The notes below the pieces were generated by a model, which saw only the letters and a program-made list of their open reading frames with translations, was not told the origin of the DNA and made no database searches. A stretch of 64,000 nt of DNA from Poseidonia sp. (GTDB taxonomy: Archaea > Thermoplasmatota > Poseidoniia > Poseidoniales > Poseidoniaceae), in assembly GCA_016779705.1 (NCBI GenBank), contig JADHNB010000002.1, positions 1,017 through 65,016 on the forward strand, written 5' to 3'. A program made the translations under genes and the position numbers. Positions 1-9,988 of this stretch are shown piece by piece. Every line of letters begins with the position of its first letter. Position 1 is the stretch's first letter.

Positions 1-1144
1 TGGCCAACATGCGGTTCAACGCCAGGAGGGAGCCTTCCTGGACCGAAGGAGGCACCACGATTTGGTTGGGCACTTCGCCGTCCACCAGGCGCTCCAAGAC
101 GTCCATGAGATACGCAGGGTGAATCATGTACATGGTGGAACACGGGCAAATTTCCTCGTCCAAGCACTCGATGTGCTTGTCAGGATGTTCCTGAGCTAAG
201 CGAGCGACCATGTTGATCTCGGTGCCGATGGCCACCTCGGCCCCCGCTGGCAATTGCTCAACGTATTGACGAATGAATTGGGTTGAACCGTAGGCATCGG
301 CTCGTTCAACCGTTGCCTTCGGGCATTCGGGATGGACGACGACCACCCCCTCGGGATGGGCTGAACGGAAGTCCTCGATCTGCTGAGGCGTGAAACGCTT
401 GTGGACCGAGCAAAAACCGTGCCACAACACGATGCGAGCTCCCTTGAGCTCCCCCATCGCACCGATGCCTGGCGTCCAGGTTGGCATCTTTTCCTCCGTG
501 ATGCCCATGGCAAGACCGGTGTTTCGGCCGAGGTGTTGGTCGGGAAAGAACAGCACGGCACCGTTCGGCCCGGCGCGGTCAAACGCCCACTGCAAGACAC
601 CAACAGCGTTGGACGACGTGCACACCACGCCGCCGTGGCGGCCGACAAAATCCTTGAGGTCGGCGCTTGAATTCATGTAGGTCACCGGGACGAGGTAAGC
701 TGCCCCGTCTTCAGCGGGAGCGTCCGGATCGTGTCGCGAGATGGGGTCACTCAATCCCGAGGTCTTCAGGATTTCTTCCCAGGCCACCTCAACCTCGTTC
801 AAGGTGGCCATGTCAGCCATCGAACATCCAGCACGCAGGTTGGGCAAAATGACCGATTGGGCGTCGGAAGTCAGAATATCAGCGGATTCGGCCATGAAAT
901 GAACGCCGCAAAACACGATGTACTTGGCAGGCGATTGGGCGGCCTTTTGACTGAGCATGAAGGAATCGCCCAAAAAATCCGCATGCATGACGATGCTGTC
1001 ACGTTGATAGTGGTGGCCGAGGATCAACAAATCGTCACCGAGCATGGCCTTGAGCTCTTGAATGCGGTCGGCAATCGCTTGTTCCTCAACGGACAGCGAC
1101 GTGTCCATGAAGTTCACCGAGCACATGGGGAGGGTCACGCTCAT
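1..1144 (-). CDS. nadA: Quinolinate synthase NadA (3' end runs off the window)
   Basis: Manual minus-strand translation gives ILGHHYQRD, GTEINMV and CPCSTMYMI, typical NadA motifs. Absent from the ORF track because there is no stop in the window. Start is 1144 or 1108. Confidence 0.92.
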   Translation of the reverse strand, partial: MSVTLPMCSVNFMDTSLSVEEQAIADRIQELKAMLGDDLLILGHHYQRDSIVMHADFLGDSFMLSQKAAQSPAKYIVFCGVHFMAESADILTSDAQSVILPNLRAGCSMADMATLNEVEVAWEEILKTSGLSDPISRHDPDAPAEDGAAYLVPVTYMNSSADLKDFVGRHGGVVCTSSNAVGVLQWAFDRAGPNGAVLFFPDQHLGRNTGLAMGITEEKMPTWTPGIGAMGELKGARIVLWHGFCSVHKRFTPQQIEDFRSAHPEGVVVVHPECPKATVERADAYGSTQFIRQYVEQLPAGAEVAIGTEINMVARLAQEHPDKHIECLDEEICPCSTMYMIHPAYLMDVLERLVDGEVPNQIVVPPSVQEGSLLALNRMLA

Positions 1145-1229
1145 GGGGCTCAAACAACCCACGCCTCAACCCTTTTTGAATGAACGGATGGGACTCAATC
1201 TTCAAAAATCAAAGGACGGTCGGCAGGGC

Positions 1230-1910
1230 ATGGTCTTCAAGCCCACCGAACGCCTTCACCTGGGGGCCGAGGCCGAGGTTTGGCTGGGAGAATGGTTCGG
1301 CCAACCGGCGGTGCGAAAGCAACGACGACCACGCTCGTGGCGACATCCCGACCTTGACCACCGACTGGGCGTTCGGCGAATGATCAGCGAAGCCCGCCTG
1401 CTGGTTCGAACACGCAAGGCCGGGCTTTCGGTGCCCGCCGTGTGGGACCTAGATTACGACGGCGGCCAACTCATCATCGAGCACCTCGCAGGAACGCCGC
1501 TCATCGATGTGCTCAACCATCCCCAAGCCAACGAAGTCGCCATCAAGGCCACCCTCCAGCGCGTTGGAGCGTGCGTGCGGCGTCTGCACCGAGAGGCCAC
1601 CACCCACGGCGACCTCTCGACCAACAACCTGCTCGTTGACGGTGAAACGATTCACCTGATCGACTTCGGCTTGGCCTCCATCGAATACGACGTCGAAAAA
1701 TTCGGGATTGACCTTCACGTCCTCGATGAAATTCTGGGAGCGTCCCACCCCGATTGGCCCGACGCCATCGATTGGGCGATTGAGGGCTACCTCGTCGAGG
1801 AGGAACGCTTGGGTCCCGCCCCCGTTTTGCAGGGCGGTGCTGTCCCTTCGGCCTCCGAAGTCATTGTCCGATTGGAAGAGGTCCGAACCCGAGTTCGATA
1901 TCACGGTTGA
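1230..1910 (+). CDS. bud32: KEOPS complex kinase/ATPase Bud32
   Basis: GAEAEV, K..RxPRSWRHPDLD, EAR, HGDLSTNN, IDFGL and DLHVL motifs. Confidence 0.9.
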   Translation: MVFKPTERLHLGAEAEVWLGEWFGQPAVRKQRRPRSWRHPDLDHRLGVRRMISEARLLVRTRKAGLSVPAVWDLDYDGGQLIIEHLAGTPLIDVLNHPQANEVAIKATLQRVGACVRRLHREATTHGDLSTNNLLVDGETIHLIDFGLASIEYDVEKFGIDLHVLDEILGASHPDWPDAIDWAIEGYLVEEERLGPAPVLQGGAVPSASEVIVRLEEVRTRVRYHG

Positions 1911-3982
1911 TACGACGAACGGCGTTCGCTTTGCCGCTGCCACATGTGCCAGGCAACCACCACGAACGCCAGAAGAACACCCGCCTGAAGGATGAAACTG
2001 GAATACGCCCGGAGCTCTGGCTCCCATGAATGCACTTCAATGGTGCGAACATCGTCCTCAAGTTGGAAATAGACCAGGTGATTTTCGAGCACCTGCGGCC
2101 CCCATTGGTCGTTGATGTCGGAGGTGAGGACGTGGGTGGTGTTTGAGGCGAGGTCCGTGAAGTAGATTTCGCGGTCCATGTACTTCGTTTGGGGCGAGAG
2201 AGGATTGAGGTGGTCACGCACCGACCACGCCAACAAACCGTGATTGATGGAGGGGTCCGAGGCCTGGTACTTCGGGTTGCTGGCCAACCACTGCTCCGCC
2301 GATGAACGGTTGTAAAGCACCAGCCGGTCAGTGGCGCTGACGTTGACCGTCGCGGCCAGGTATTCACGGTCAAAGGCGATGCTCTGAACGGTGGCGTTCT
2401 CCATGTCCACGGGCGTCCCCCACAGGGCCAGCACGGCGTCCTCCTCGAGGGGAGCCGAAGCGTTGATGTCGTAGGTCACCTGACCTGAAACGCCCAACTG
2501 AACCAGGTTGACTTGAAGGGGAGCCGTCTGAACGACGTAAGCGATTTCAGACCCGCTGCAGACGAGGTTCGACACGTTGGAAGCGCTGCTATGAGCGCCG
2601 GAGATGGCTTGGCCGTCCAAGGTTCGCACCAAGATTTCACCAGCCTGTGTGTACACGACCACCGGAGTGGGGGCGGTTCCACACAAGGCAAGGTGCCGGG
2701 CTTCGCCGACCGGGAACGAGGACAACGGTGAGTCGGGCTCATGCAAATCGTACACGTGCATCGTTTCGGCGTTGCTCACCACCATGCGGTCGCCCAACAC
2801 GGCGTAGGAGGAATTCACCGTGAGATTGGGAACGCTGAAGTAAATCGGGTCGGCACCCAACATCGACAAATCGTGAAGCAACAGCGCTGCTCCCTCGGAT
2901 TGATTGTCAAGCGTCACCATCCAACCATCGATGGCAGCGGCCGCCTCGGGAGCCTCCACCCCCCCTGCTGGCAGGGAACGGTTGGTGAGATCAAAGGTGA
3001 CCACGGCGGCGACCAGGATGAGAATGGCCACCGCAATTCGGCCCGTTTCGTGGCTGGTGGGCGAACGGTACTGCTTGAACAGGGAAACCGCCTTCCGCCT
3101 GACCCAACGCCAGGCTTTCTCGGGACGAGTGAGCACCGTCACAATGCGGGCATTCATGGTGCGTTCGTCGAAAAATTTCCACCAGGTGTTGGAGGTTCGG
3201 TCCGCCATGGAAACGGCCGCTCCAGCCACCAACATGCCGCCGATGATGTCCATGAACCAATGGATTCCGAGGTAGATGATGGTGAAGGCCGTGAGCGCCG
3301 TGTAGGCAAAAACGGTGTAGCGGTATCGATTCCACCGACGGTCATCGTCAAACCGAGTTAAGCACAACCACACGGCAAACGGGATGCCAATGTGGAGCGA
3401 TGGCATGCCGTTCGTGAAGGGGTCAATACGACGGAACCAATCGGCAATTTCGGGCGTGAGGGTGTAGGCCAAGGTCTGCATTTCAGGAATGGTATCGCCG
3501 GTCACACGGACGTTGAAAAACAGGTAGAAGGGGACCGCCAAGACGTACACCCAGGCAATGGAAAGCGTCACCCGGTCGGCCAGCCAACGGTCGTCAAAGT
3601 AGGCGAAGTAAAACACGGAAACGTAGCAGATGAACATGAAACCGGCGACGTAAAAGTGGGTGAGGAACGTGGTCAGCCAAGCGGCTTCAAACGTTTGCTG
3701 AACCCAAAGCACAAGGTTGCCTTCAATGGCCCAAATGTAGGGCGTCATGTCCAGTCCCGTGCTGGCCATCAAGACGCGGTCGATTTGATCGAGGCCGTCC
3801 TTGAGGTTGTAAATGGTGAACACGATGAGGAGGTGAACCCAATACCGCCGAAAGAAATCGACGAACGGGGGCAAGGAAAGCCGAGCCCAGGGCGGCTTAA
3901 ACACGGGAAGGAGGATGACACCCAACGCCAAGGCGCTGATCATCCACGTGAGGTAAACGCTTTGCACCAAGGCCCTCTCCAA
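1901..3982 (-). CDS. PAP2_3 (Aur1/IPC-synthase-like) membrane protein with C-terminal extracellular beta-propeller-like region and terminal TM helix
   Basis: About 6-7 N-terminal TM helices with MPSLH and YLGIHWFMD catalytic motifs, then a beta-rich domain and a final TM. Confidence 0.7.
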   Translation of the reverse strand: MERALVQSVYLTWMISALALGVILLPVFKPPWARLSLPPFVDFFRRYWVHLLIVFTIYNLKDGLDQIDRVLMASTGLDMTPYIWAIEGNLVLWVQQTFEAAWLTTFLTHFYVAGFMFICYVSVFYFAYFDDRWLADRVTLSIAWVYVLAVPFYLFFNVRVTGDTIPEMQTLAYTLTPEIADWFRRIDPFTNGMPSLHIGIPFAVWLCLTRFDDDRRWNRYRYTVFAYTALTAFTIIYLGIHWFMDIIGGMLVAGAAVSMADRTSNTWWKFFDERTMNARIVTVLTRPEKAWRWVRRKAVSLFKQYRSPTSHETGRIAVAILILVAAVVTFDLTNRSLPAGGVEAPEAAAAIDGWMVTLDNQSEGAALLLHDLSMLGADPIYFSVPNLTVNSSYAVLGDRMVVSNAETMHVYDLHEPDSPLSSFPVGEARHLALCGTAPTPVVVYTQAGEILVRTLDGQAISGAHSSASNVSNLVCSGSEIAYVVQTAPLQVNLVQLGVSGQVTYDINASAPLEEDAVLALWGTPVDMENATVQSIAFDREYLAATVNVSATDRLVLYNRSSAEQWLASNPKYQASDPSINHGLLAWSVRDHLNPLSPQTKYMDREIYFTDLASNTTHVLTSDINDQWGPQVLENHLVYFQLEDDVRTIEVHSWEPELRAYSSFILQAGVLLAFVVVAWHMWQRQSERRSSYQP

Positions 3983-4047
3983 TCGGTTGGCGTGGGCGGG
4001 TGTTCATGAAAGCGTCGTCATCTGGAGCCCCCCCGGGCGGTTCTTGC

Positions 4048-4401
4048 CTACCAAGCGCCGTGGACGTAGGGCTTGCCTCGGTCCGGGTCGCGCCGCAGGG
4101 CAAGGTCATGAAGCCGTTCAAACCGGTAAATCCCGCTCGAACATCCTTGCAACCACTCGAAAGAGATGGCATATTTGCCAACCGTTCTCACGGTTGGCTT
4201 TTCGGCCGGAAGCGCTTCGATTTGCCGACGAAGCGTACGGCTGGTGTCGTCTTCGTTGCGCATCGGGGCGCATTTCGCGCAAGGACAAGCGTGGCGAAGG
4301 TCATCGTAGGTGACGGTGTAGGTGTTGCCGTCGTCGTAAGTCAACACCATGTCTTGGGTGCGGCGTTCCAGTTTTTTGAGCGTGGGGAGGGGTTCAGCCA
4401 T
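4048..4401 (-). CDS. DUF971 / GBBH-like N-terminal metal-binding protein
   Basis: LRHACPCAKC, VGKYAISFEW and SSGIYRFERL match the DUF971 pattern. Confidence 0.85.
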   Translation of the reverse strand: MAEPLPTLKKLERRTQDMVLTYDDGNTYTVTYDDLRHACPCAKCAPMRNEDDTSRTLRRQIEALPAEKPTVRTVGKYAISFEWLQGCSSGIYRFERLHDLALRRDPDRGKPYVHGAW

Positions 4402-4410
4402 GGGGCCACC

Positions 4411-5424
4411 TCACACAATTTCCAAGCCGCTGTCGGACCCGTCCGAAAGTTGAGCTTGAATCGCCGCCACCACGTTGGCAAAGGCATGGGCTGAGGGACC
4501 GTCGGGTTCGGAAACGATTCGGTGAACGCCGTCATCACCGCCACGGACGAACCCGGGATCAAACGGGAGCGCTCCAAGGAAGGGGACGCCGAATTCATCG
4601 GCGGTGGCTTGGCCACCTCCCTGCTTGAAAATGTCGAGCGTCACGGAGAATCGGCCCTCGCTATCGGCCGTCGCCGAGAGGGTTTTCCCGCCCGGTCCAG
4701 CAATGGTGAGCGACGTCCCTGGCTCAGCGGTACCGTTGACGGTGAAACCGCTCATGTTTTCCACCACGCCCAAAACCGGCACTTTGAGCGATTCGGAGAA
4801 GGTGATGGATTTCCGACTGTCAAGCAACGCCACCTGTTGGGGCGTGGTCACGATGACCATGCCGTCAATGTCTGGCAAGGATTGAGCCACCGTCAACGGT
4901 TCATCGGACGTGCCGGGCGGGAAATCAATGATGAGGAATTCCAATTCACCCCATTCGACATCGCCAATGAACTGTTGAATCGCTCCCAACTTGATCGGCC
5001 CTCGCCACACCACCGGCGTGTCTTCGTCCTCGAGAAGGAAGGCCATGCTGATGACCTTGACGCCCAGATGACCCTCAGCAGGATGAATTCGCTTGTTTTC
5101 AACGTGCAAGCGCCGTCCGTCCAGACCCATCATCTTGGGAACGTTGGGGCCCGTGATGTCGATGTCGAGAATACCAACACGGTGGCCTTGTTGCGCCAGG
5201 GACAGGGCCAAGCCGGTGGACACCGTTGATTTGCCAACCCCGCCTTTGCCCGACAAGACCATGATCTTGTGTTTGATTTTGCGACCAATTTCCTCCATCG
5301 CCATCTTTCGCTTCATTTGGGCGTAGGCCTGCTCCATTTGCTTCTGCTCTTGGGGCGTCGGCTCATTGCTCGCAGGCGTTGACGGTCCGCCAGGGCTGTT
5401 GATGGTGACCGGAGAATCCGCCAT
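4411..5424 (-). CDS. Mrp/NBP35/ApbC family P-loop ATPase (atypical, no cysteines)
   Basis: SGKGGVGKST, DIDITGPN, VWRGP, DFPPGTSD, VTTPQ and GVVENMS motifs. Confidence 0.92.
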   Translation of the reverse strand: MADSPVTINSPGGPSTPASNEPTPQEQKQMEQAYAQMKRKMAMEEIGRKIKHKIMVLSGKGGVGKSTVSTGLALSLAQQGHRVGILDIDITGPNVPKMMGLDGRRLHVENKRIHPAEGHLGVKVISMAFLLEDEDTPVVWRGPIKLGAIQQFIGDVEWGELEFLIIDFPPGTSDEPLTVAQSLPDIDGMVIVTTPQQVALLDSRKSITFSESLKVPVLGVVENMSGFTVNGTAEPGTSLTIAGPGGKTLSATADSEGRFSVTLDIFKQGGGQATADEFGVPFLGALPFDPGFVRGGDDGVHRIVSEPDGPSAHAFANVVAAIQAQLSDGSDSGLEIV

Positions 5425-5465
5425 GCCTTTACCACCGTGCAGGCCTACTTCAACCCACCCACGGG

Positions 5466-5837
5466 TCAAGCATCCACGAGCAAAGCGAGCCTTCGGTCAA
5501 GCGCCGCATGAACCGCAACCGTCAACACGAACACCGTGCTCACCGGTAGCCACGACCACGCCATACCCCCGTACGCCCATCCCAAGCCGAGGGCGAGCGG
5601 TAAGGCGACAACCGAAGCCTGCCGGTTGAGCTGCCGCCGCTTCGTGCGGTCCGATTCGGACGCCAGAATCACGGTCAACGGGCCGAAACAAACGATCTGT
5701 GCGCTGATGGACAACGCCACCAACGAGAACGCAAGGTCCCAATCCAGAACGGCAAAGACGATGTGGAGGGCAAAAAGAACCCCGACGAGGCCTGCATTTA
5801 CCATCAACGCCGGTCGCACACGCTGCCCACACAACAA
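5466..5837 (-). CDS. Small 4-TM hypothetical membrane protein
   Basis: Hydrophobic ORF directly upstream of and co-oriented with the Mrp gene. Confidence 0.6.
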   Translation of the reverse strand: MLCGQRVRPALMVNAGLVGVLFALHIVFAVLDWDLAFSLVALSISAQIVCFGPLTVILASESDRTKRRQLNRQASVVALPLALGLGWAYGGMAWSWLPVSTVFVLTVAVHAALDRRLALLVDA

Positions 5838-5904
5838 ACCTATGTGAAGTCACTCAATGAACTACGGAGAAAGGGTTCAAATCTCCTAAGCGACAGGTCA
5901 TTTC

Positions 5905-6276
5905 GTGAAAGTCCTGTTCGTCTGTGTTGGGAACTCGTGCCGGTCGCAAATGGCCGAAGGGTTGGCTCGAGCCATGGGCTTGGAAGCGGCCTCTGCCGGC
6001 ACCCACCCCGCCGACAAGGTGGCCCCTCACGCACTCACCGTCCTCCACGAACGAGGCATCAACACGGAAGGAATGCAACCCCAAAGTTTGGACGAATTCC
6101 AACCTGAACACTACGACAAGGTGATTTCGATGGGGTGCGGCGTGCATTGCCCAGCGATCAAAATTGACGACGATTGGGGGCTGGAGGACCCCGTCGGCCA
6201 AGCCTACGAAGTCTATGAGCGAACGGCGGCGGAGATCGAGCGGCGTCTGAAGTCGCTCATCCGTCACGAGGCTTGA
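5905..6276 (+). CDS. arsC: LMW-PTP family arsenate reductase (thioredoxin type)
   Basis: CVGNSCRSQMAE P-loop, GCGVHCP redox cysteines, WGLEDP. Confidence 0.85.
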   Translation: MKVLFVCVGNSCRSQMAEGLARAMGLEAASAGTHPADKVAPHALTVLHERGINTEGMQPQSLDEFQPEHYDKVISMGCGVHCPAIKIDDDWGLEDPVGQAYEVYERTAAEIERRLKSLIRHEA

Positions 6277-6584
6277 GGTTCGGGCACCTCGCCTTCGCCC
6301 GTCAAATCGATTTTCAACACGCTGATGGTGCGAACGCCGTCCTCTCCGGGTACGTCCTCCGAACCGCATTCAAGGTGGTCAATGTTCACCGATTCAGGAA
6401 GTCCTTGAGCGATGTGACCGCTGCGCCTGCGGCACACTTCAGCCACGTCCACGGCGCGAGAGATGGTGGCTCCACGGGCCACCAATTGAACGGAGCGGTC
6501 GCCTTCTTCCATGGCCATCACCACCGCTCGTACGTAGGCGTGTAAGGGCTTTTTTCCAACATAGATGATGCGACGGTCCGTCAT
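6264..6584 (-). CDS. albA: DNA/RNA-binding protein Alba
   Basis: IYVGKKP..YV, ARGATISRAVDVAE and ISVLKIDL motifs. Confidence 0.92.
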   Translation of the reverse strand: MTDRRIIYVGKKPLHAYVRAVVMAMEEGDRSVQLVARGATISRAVDVAEVCRRRSGHIAQGLPESVNIDHLECGSEDVPGEDGVRTISVLKIDLTGEGEVPEPQAS

Positions 6585-6669
6585 GGGGCTCCCGTACCAA
6601 GGGACCGCTGACATCCCTTATATTTTCACGAAAAGAACGTGCCAAAATGGCGAGCAGTGACCCAAAAAG

Positions 6670-6741
6670 TGCGAGCGCCGGGACTCGAACCCGGGTTCAG
6701 GCGTTGGCAACGCCCGGTGATAACCACTACACTACGCTCGC
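6670..6741 (-). tRNA. tRNA-Gly (GCC)
   Basis: Reverse complement GCGAGCGTAGTGTAGTGGTTATCACCGGGCGTT-GCC-AACGCCTGAACCCGGGTTCGAGTCCCGGCGCTCGCA folds as a cloverleaf with a TTCGA T-loop; no encoded CCA. Confidence 0.97.
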
Positions 6742-6856
6742 TTGCGACTCTCGCACCGAGCAGGGGTTTAAACGATTGTCGGCTGGTTCCTTCGGGATAC
6801 GACAGCGAGCAAGCGAGGCGTGCGCTGAAATTGTGGCTGCAACGGTGTGGACGACG

Positions 6857-9800
6857 CTACTGCATGCCGAATCGATCGTGGCCATCACCACCGCCTTCTT
6901 GACGCCGCCACATGATGGCCAAGACCACCAAGGCCCCCACCACCAGCACCGCCCCCAGCACCGTGTACAGCCAGCCACCAGGTGAGGTGGGTGTTTCACC
7001 GCCCTCGTCTTCCGCCACCAGCACGATGGCGGCTGAAGCGCTGTTCATTTCACCAAACACGTCAAAACTGCGCACGGTGACTTCGTGGGTGCCCAACGGG
7101 GTTCCTTCTCGCACCGAAAGGAGAACCGAATAGCGGCCGTCACCCGCCTCGGCGTCGCCTCCCGACTGGCCGTCATCGTGCATCGTGACCCAGGAGGTCT
7201 GACCCACCGGCGCATACACGCCGAGGCTGATTTGGACGCGTTCAATGCCGTCCGGGTCGTTCACCTCCACCGTGTAAACGATGGGTTCATCCAGCGACTT
7301 GGCGACCGTGGTCGGTGTCGTGGTGATCGTAGGGCGGTCGTTCAACACGCGCACAACGATGGGTTCCAATGAGGCGACGTTGACATGATGTGGACCAAGG
7401 ACCGGGTCACCGATGTCGCCTTGAGCAACGATGTAGGTTTGGAAGGTGTTGGACGCTCCCAGCGTATCCTCGACCACCAAGGTGAGCGCTTGGTCTCCAG
7501 GAGACACACCGCTGGGCAGCGCCACCATGGCAGCCCACACGCCGTCGGTGAGGGTCAGGTTCACCATCTCTCCGCCGAAGGAGCGTAGATCAAGGCGAAC
7601 GCTTTCCACGCCGTGGCCGTCGTACACCCGTGCGTTCACGACCAAGGATTGTCCTCGCTCGAGTTCCCCCGGTGCCAATTCAACCCACAACAATCGAGGC
7701 CCTTGGTTAAGGATCGTGACCGCCCCCTCCTGTTGTGAAGTGACGCCAAAGCTGTCCGTTGAGGTCACCGTCACGGGGAAGGCCCCAACCTCCAGGCCCG
7801 TGACGACCACCGTCGTGGAATAGACATCATCGCCCACCGATTGGTCACCGTCCAAACCTCGGTCGTTGAGAACGAGTTGGCCCGCACCAAAGGAGGAGGC
7901 ATCAACCAAGACCTCCACCACGTTCCATTCAGCATCGCTGACCGTGACCTCAAGATGAGCAACGCTCCCTCCCTCGCCGACCACGACCCCTTCGCGCAGT
8001 TCGATGGTTCCGATGTTCGGCGCCGTGTTGTTGTCAGCGCTGACGATTTCGGGTGACAAGACCCGTTCGAGATGCTGAGTTTCACGAAGCATCACCGTTT
8101 CGTTGCTGGAACCAAACGGAAGCGAAACGTTTCGCTCAACCCCCGACAACAAACCCGATAGCGGGCCGACCGAAACCAAGGTCCCCGATGCGGATCCGGC
8201 TTCTCCGGTGCCGCCATAGACGCCGTTCCAAGCGATGACGGCGAGGTTGTGGCCGTCCCGTGTTTCCGTGAGGCGTTCACCGGCGTAGATGGTGAGGGAC
8301 AACCCTTCCTGGTCGTTCAAACGCAAGCGGTCGTTGGTCGCCAAAGGTATGGGCATCAATCCAGTTTCTCGCCCCACGGTCACGTCGCCGAGGCCTTCTT
8401 CGGAAACGGGTGCCGTGGCGTTTTGCTGAATCGGGCTCCGCTCAGGAAATTCTTCACCCTCCGAAGCGTCGGGCCCCGTTTCCCGCCAAACCAGACGCAC
8501 CGTCCGGTTGTCCCAGTCGGCGTTCACTGCCTGATAGTCCCAGGTCTGATTGTGGGTGGCACCAAGGCCGGCCCCTCCAAAGAAATTCCCGCCGTTGATT
8601 CCGGTGAGGTTGAACCAGGATTCTTGGAAGATGACGTTGACCAAGAAGGCCTCTCCCGTGGCGTTGGTTTGCATGCCGGTCGTCTCAATGCCCCTGACCA
8701 CGCCGAAGGAACCTTGCACGTCGCCCGTGAGGACGCCGTCGACATGGAGATCATCGATGGTGGTCACCCCGTCCTCGACTTTGGTGTGGAGGTCCAGGAT
8801 CGTGCCGTTGACTTGCAGGGAAGCGTTCTCGTCCTGGTCGGAAAACCCGAACGTCCCCGTCCCGTACAATTCCTCGAGTTGCTCGGTTCGCACCCCGTTT
8901 TCCCACCGGTCAAGCGAAGAAAACCCGTCCAAGGAAACATCGAGACGGGTGCCGTCGTCGACCAAAACGAAGTCCGCCATGGCTTCGAATTGGGTATGTT
9001 GAAGCACACGGACGCCTCCAGAATCAACGTACTCAAAGAAGAACACCGAAAGCTCACCGTCGATGGCAAGGGAGTTGTTGTCGTCACTTTCCTCGGTGAC
9101 GTTGAGCGACCCCGTGGCTTCCAGCAACAAGCGTTCGCCGATCAACCCCTCGGCAAACGAGCGATTGAGGACGGCTTGAGAGACATCGGCCTGAATCACC
9201 GTTTCGGTCTGTCCGTCCACCAAGACGGTTTCGAGGGAACCAAAACCGCGAGCGTCAAACACCTGATGCGTCAAAATGCCCGCGACGATGGTCTCGTTTT
9301 TCCACACTTGCGTGAGCACCAACGCCAGGTCGGTTTGCCCGTCCGTCGTGCTCTCCAAGGTCTCGAAGGTGCCGTTGCCCAGTTCCGATGAGTGGAGAAC
9401 ATCGCCCACCCGTTCCTGCCACCCTTGGCCGGTAAACGCCAACGCAAAGCGTTGAGGGCCCGTGATGTTGTCATAGGCCTGTTCGAGGGACCATGCGGTG
9501 GAGAGCAGCACTTCGTGGTCCGCCATGGGCTGATTCCACTGCCCGACGAGGAGATGACGTTCAGCCTCAACGTCCACGGGAACGCCGTCGTGTTGGGTGA
9601 CCGAGACCACGACATCAATTTCGTCACCCCACTGAAGCGAGGTGTTGAACGTCACCAGCGCTGTGCGAACTCCACCGGTGCTGCCCCATTCAAGCGAATG
9701 GCTCGCCGACAGGGCTGACCCGTTTCGACGGTGGTCCAAGAGAACATCAACACCGTAGGTCCCGTTGTCACCAAACGTCAACAGGTAGGCGTGGGCGTTC

Positions 9801-9937
9801 GCCTCGCTCCCCTCACCCATCCAATGGACGGTGATGTCAACCGTCACGGGGCCGGGGTGTTCAGCGACCACCGGGGCAAGGGAGGTCAACATGAGCACAC
9901 ACAACGCAGCCGCCAGCGCCCGACGCGAGGGATTCAT
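6857..9937 (-). CDS. Large secreted, membrane-anchored acidic surface protein with Ig-like and choice-of-anchor-X-like repeats
   Basis: Signal peptide; beta-rich acidic body; two D[D/R]G..GD...GD..YS motifs; C-terminal TM followed by RR. Confidence 0.75.
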   Translation of the reverse strand: MNPSRRALAAALCVLMLTSLAPVVAEHPGPVTVDITVHWMGEGSEANAHAYLLTFGDNGTYGVDVLLDHRRNGSALSASHSLEWGSTGGVRTALVTFNTSLQWGDEIDVVVSVTQHDGVPVDVEAERHLLVGQWNQPMADHEVLLSTAWSLEQAYDNITGPQRFALAFTGQGWQERVGDVLHSSELGNGTFETLESTTDGQTDLALVLTQVWKNETIVAGILTHQVFDARGFGSLETVLVDGQTETVIQADVSQAVLNRSFAEGLIGERLLLEATGSLNVTEESDDNNSLAIDGELSVFFFEYVDSGGVRVLQHTQFEAMADFVLVDDGTRLDVSLDGFSSLDRWENGVRTEQLEELYGTGTFGFSDQDENASLQVNGTILDLHTKVEDGVTTIDDLHVDGVLTGDVQGSFGVVRGIETTGMQTNATGEAFLVNVIFQESWFNLTGINGGNFFGGAGLGATHNQTWDYQAVNADWDNRTVRLVWRETGPDASEGEEFPERSPIQQNATAPVSEEGLGDVTVGRETGLMPIPLATNDRLRLNDQEGLSLTIYAGERLTETRDGHNLAVIAWNGVYGGTGEAGSASGTLVSVGPLSGLLSGVERNVSLPFGSSNETVMLRETQHLERVLSPEIVSADNNTAPNIGTIELREGVVVGEGGSVAHLEVTVSDAEWNVVEVLVDASSFGAGQLVLNDRGLDGDQSVGDDVYSTTVVVTGLEVGAFPVTVTSTDSFGVTSQQEGAVTILNQGPRLLWVELAPGELERGQSLVVNARVYDGHGVESVRLDLRSFGGEMVNLTLTDGVWAAMVALPSGVSPGDQALTLVVEDTLGASNTFQTYIVAQGDIGDPVLGPHHVNVASLEPIVVRVLNDRPTITTTPTTVAKSLDEPIVYTVEVNDPDGIERVQISLGVYAPVGQTSWVTMHDDGQSGGDAEAGDGRYSVLLSVREGTPLGTHEVTVRSFDVFGEMNSASAAIVLVAEDEGGETPTSPGGWLYTVLGAVLVVGALVVLAIMWRRQEGGGDGHDRFGMQ

Positions 9938-9988
9938 GAGAGGAATGTGGGGGCGGTCCCCTTCAAGACTTTGGGAGCGTTGTACCGC

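Noticed and set aside
6670..9937. Integrated element at tRNA-Gly
   Set aside because: No integrase, no duplicated tRNA 3' end and no compositional shift seen
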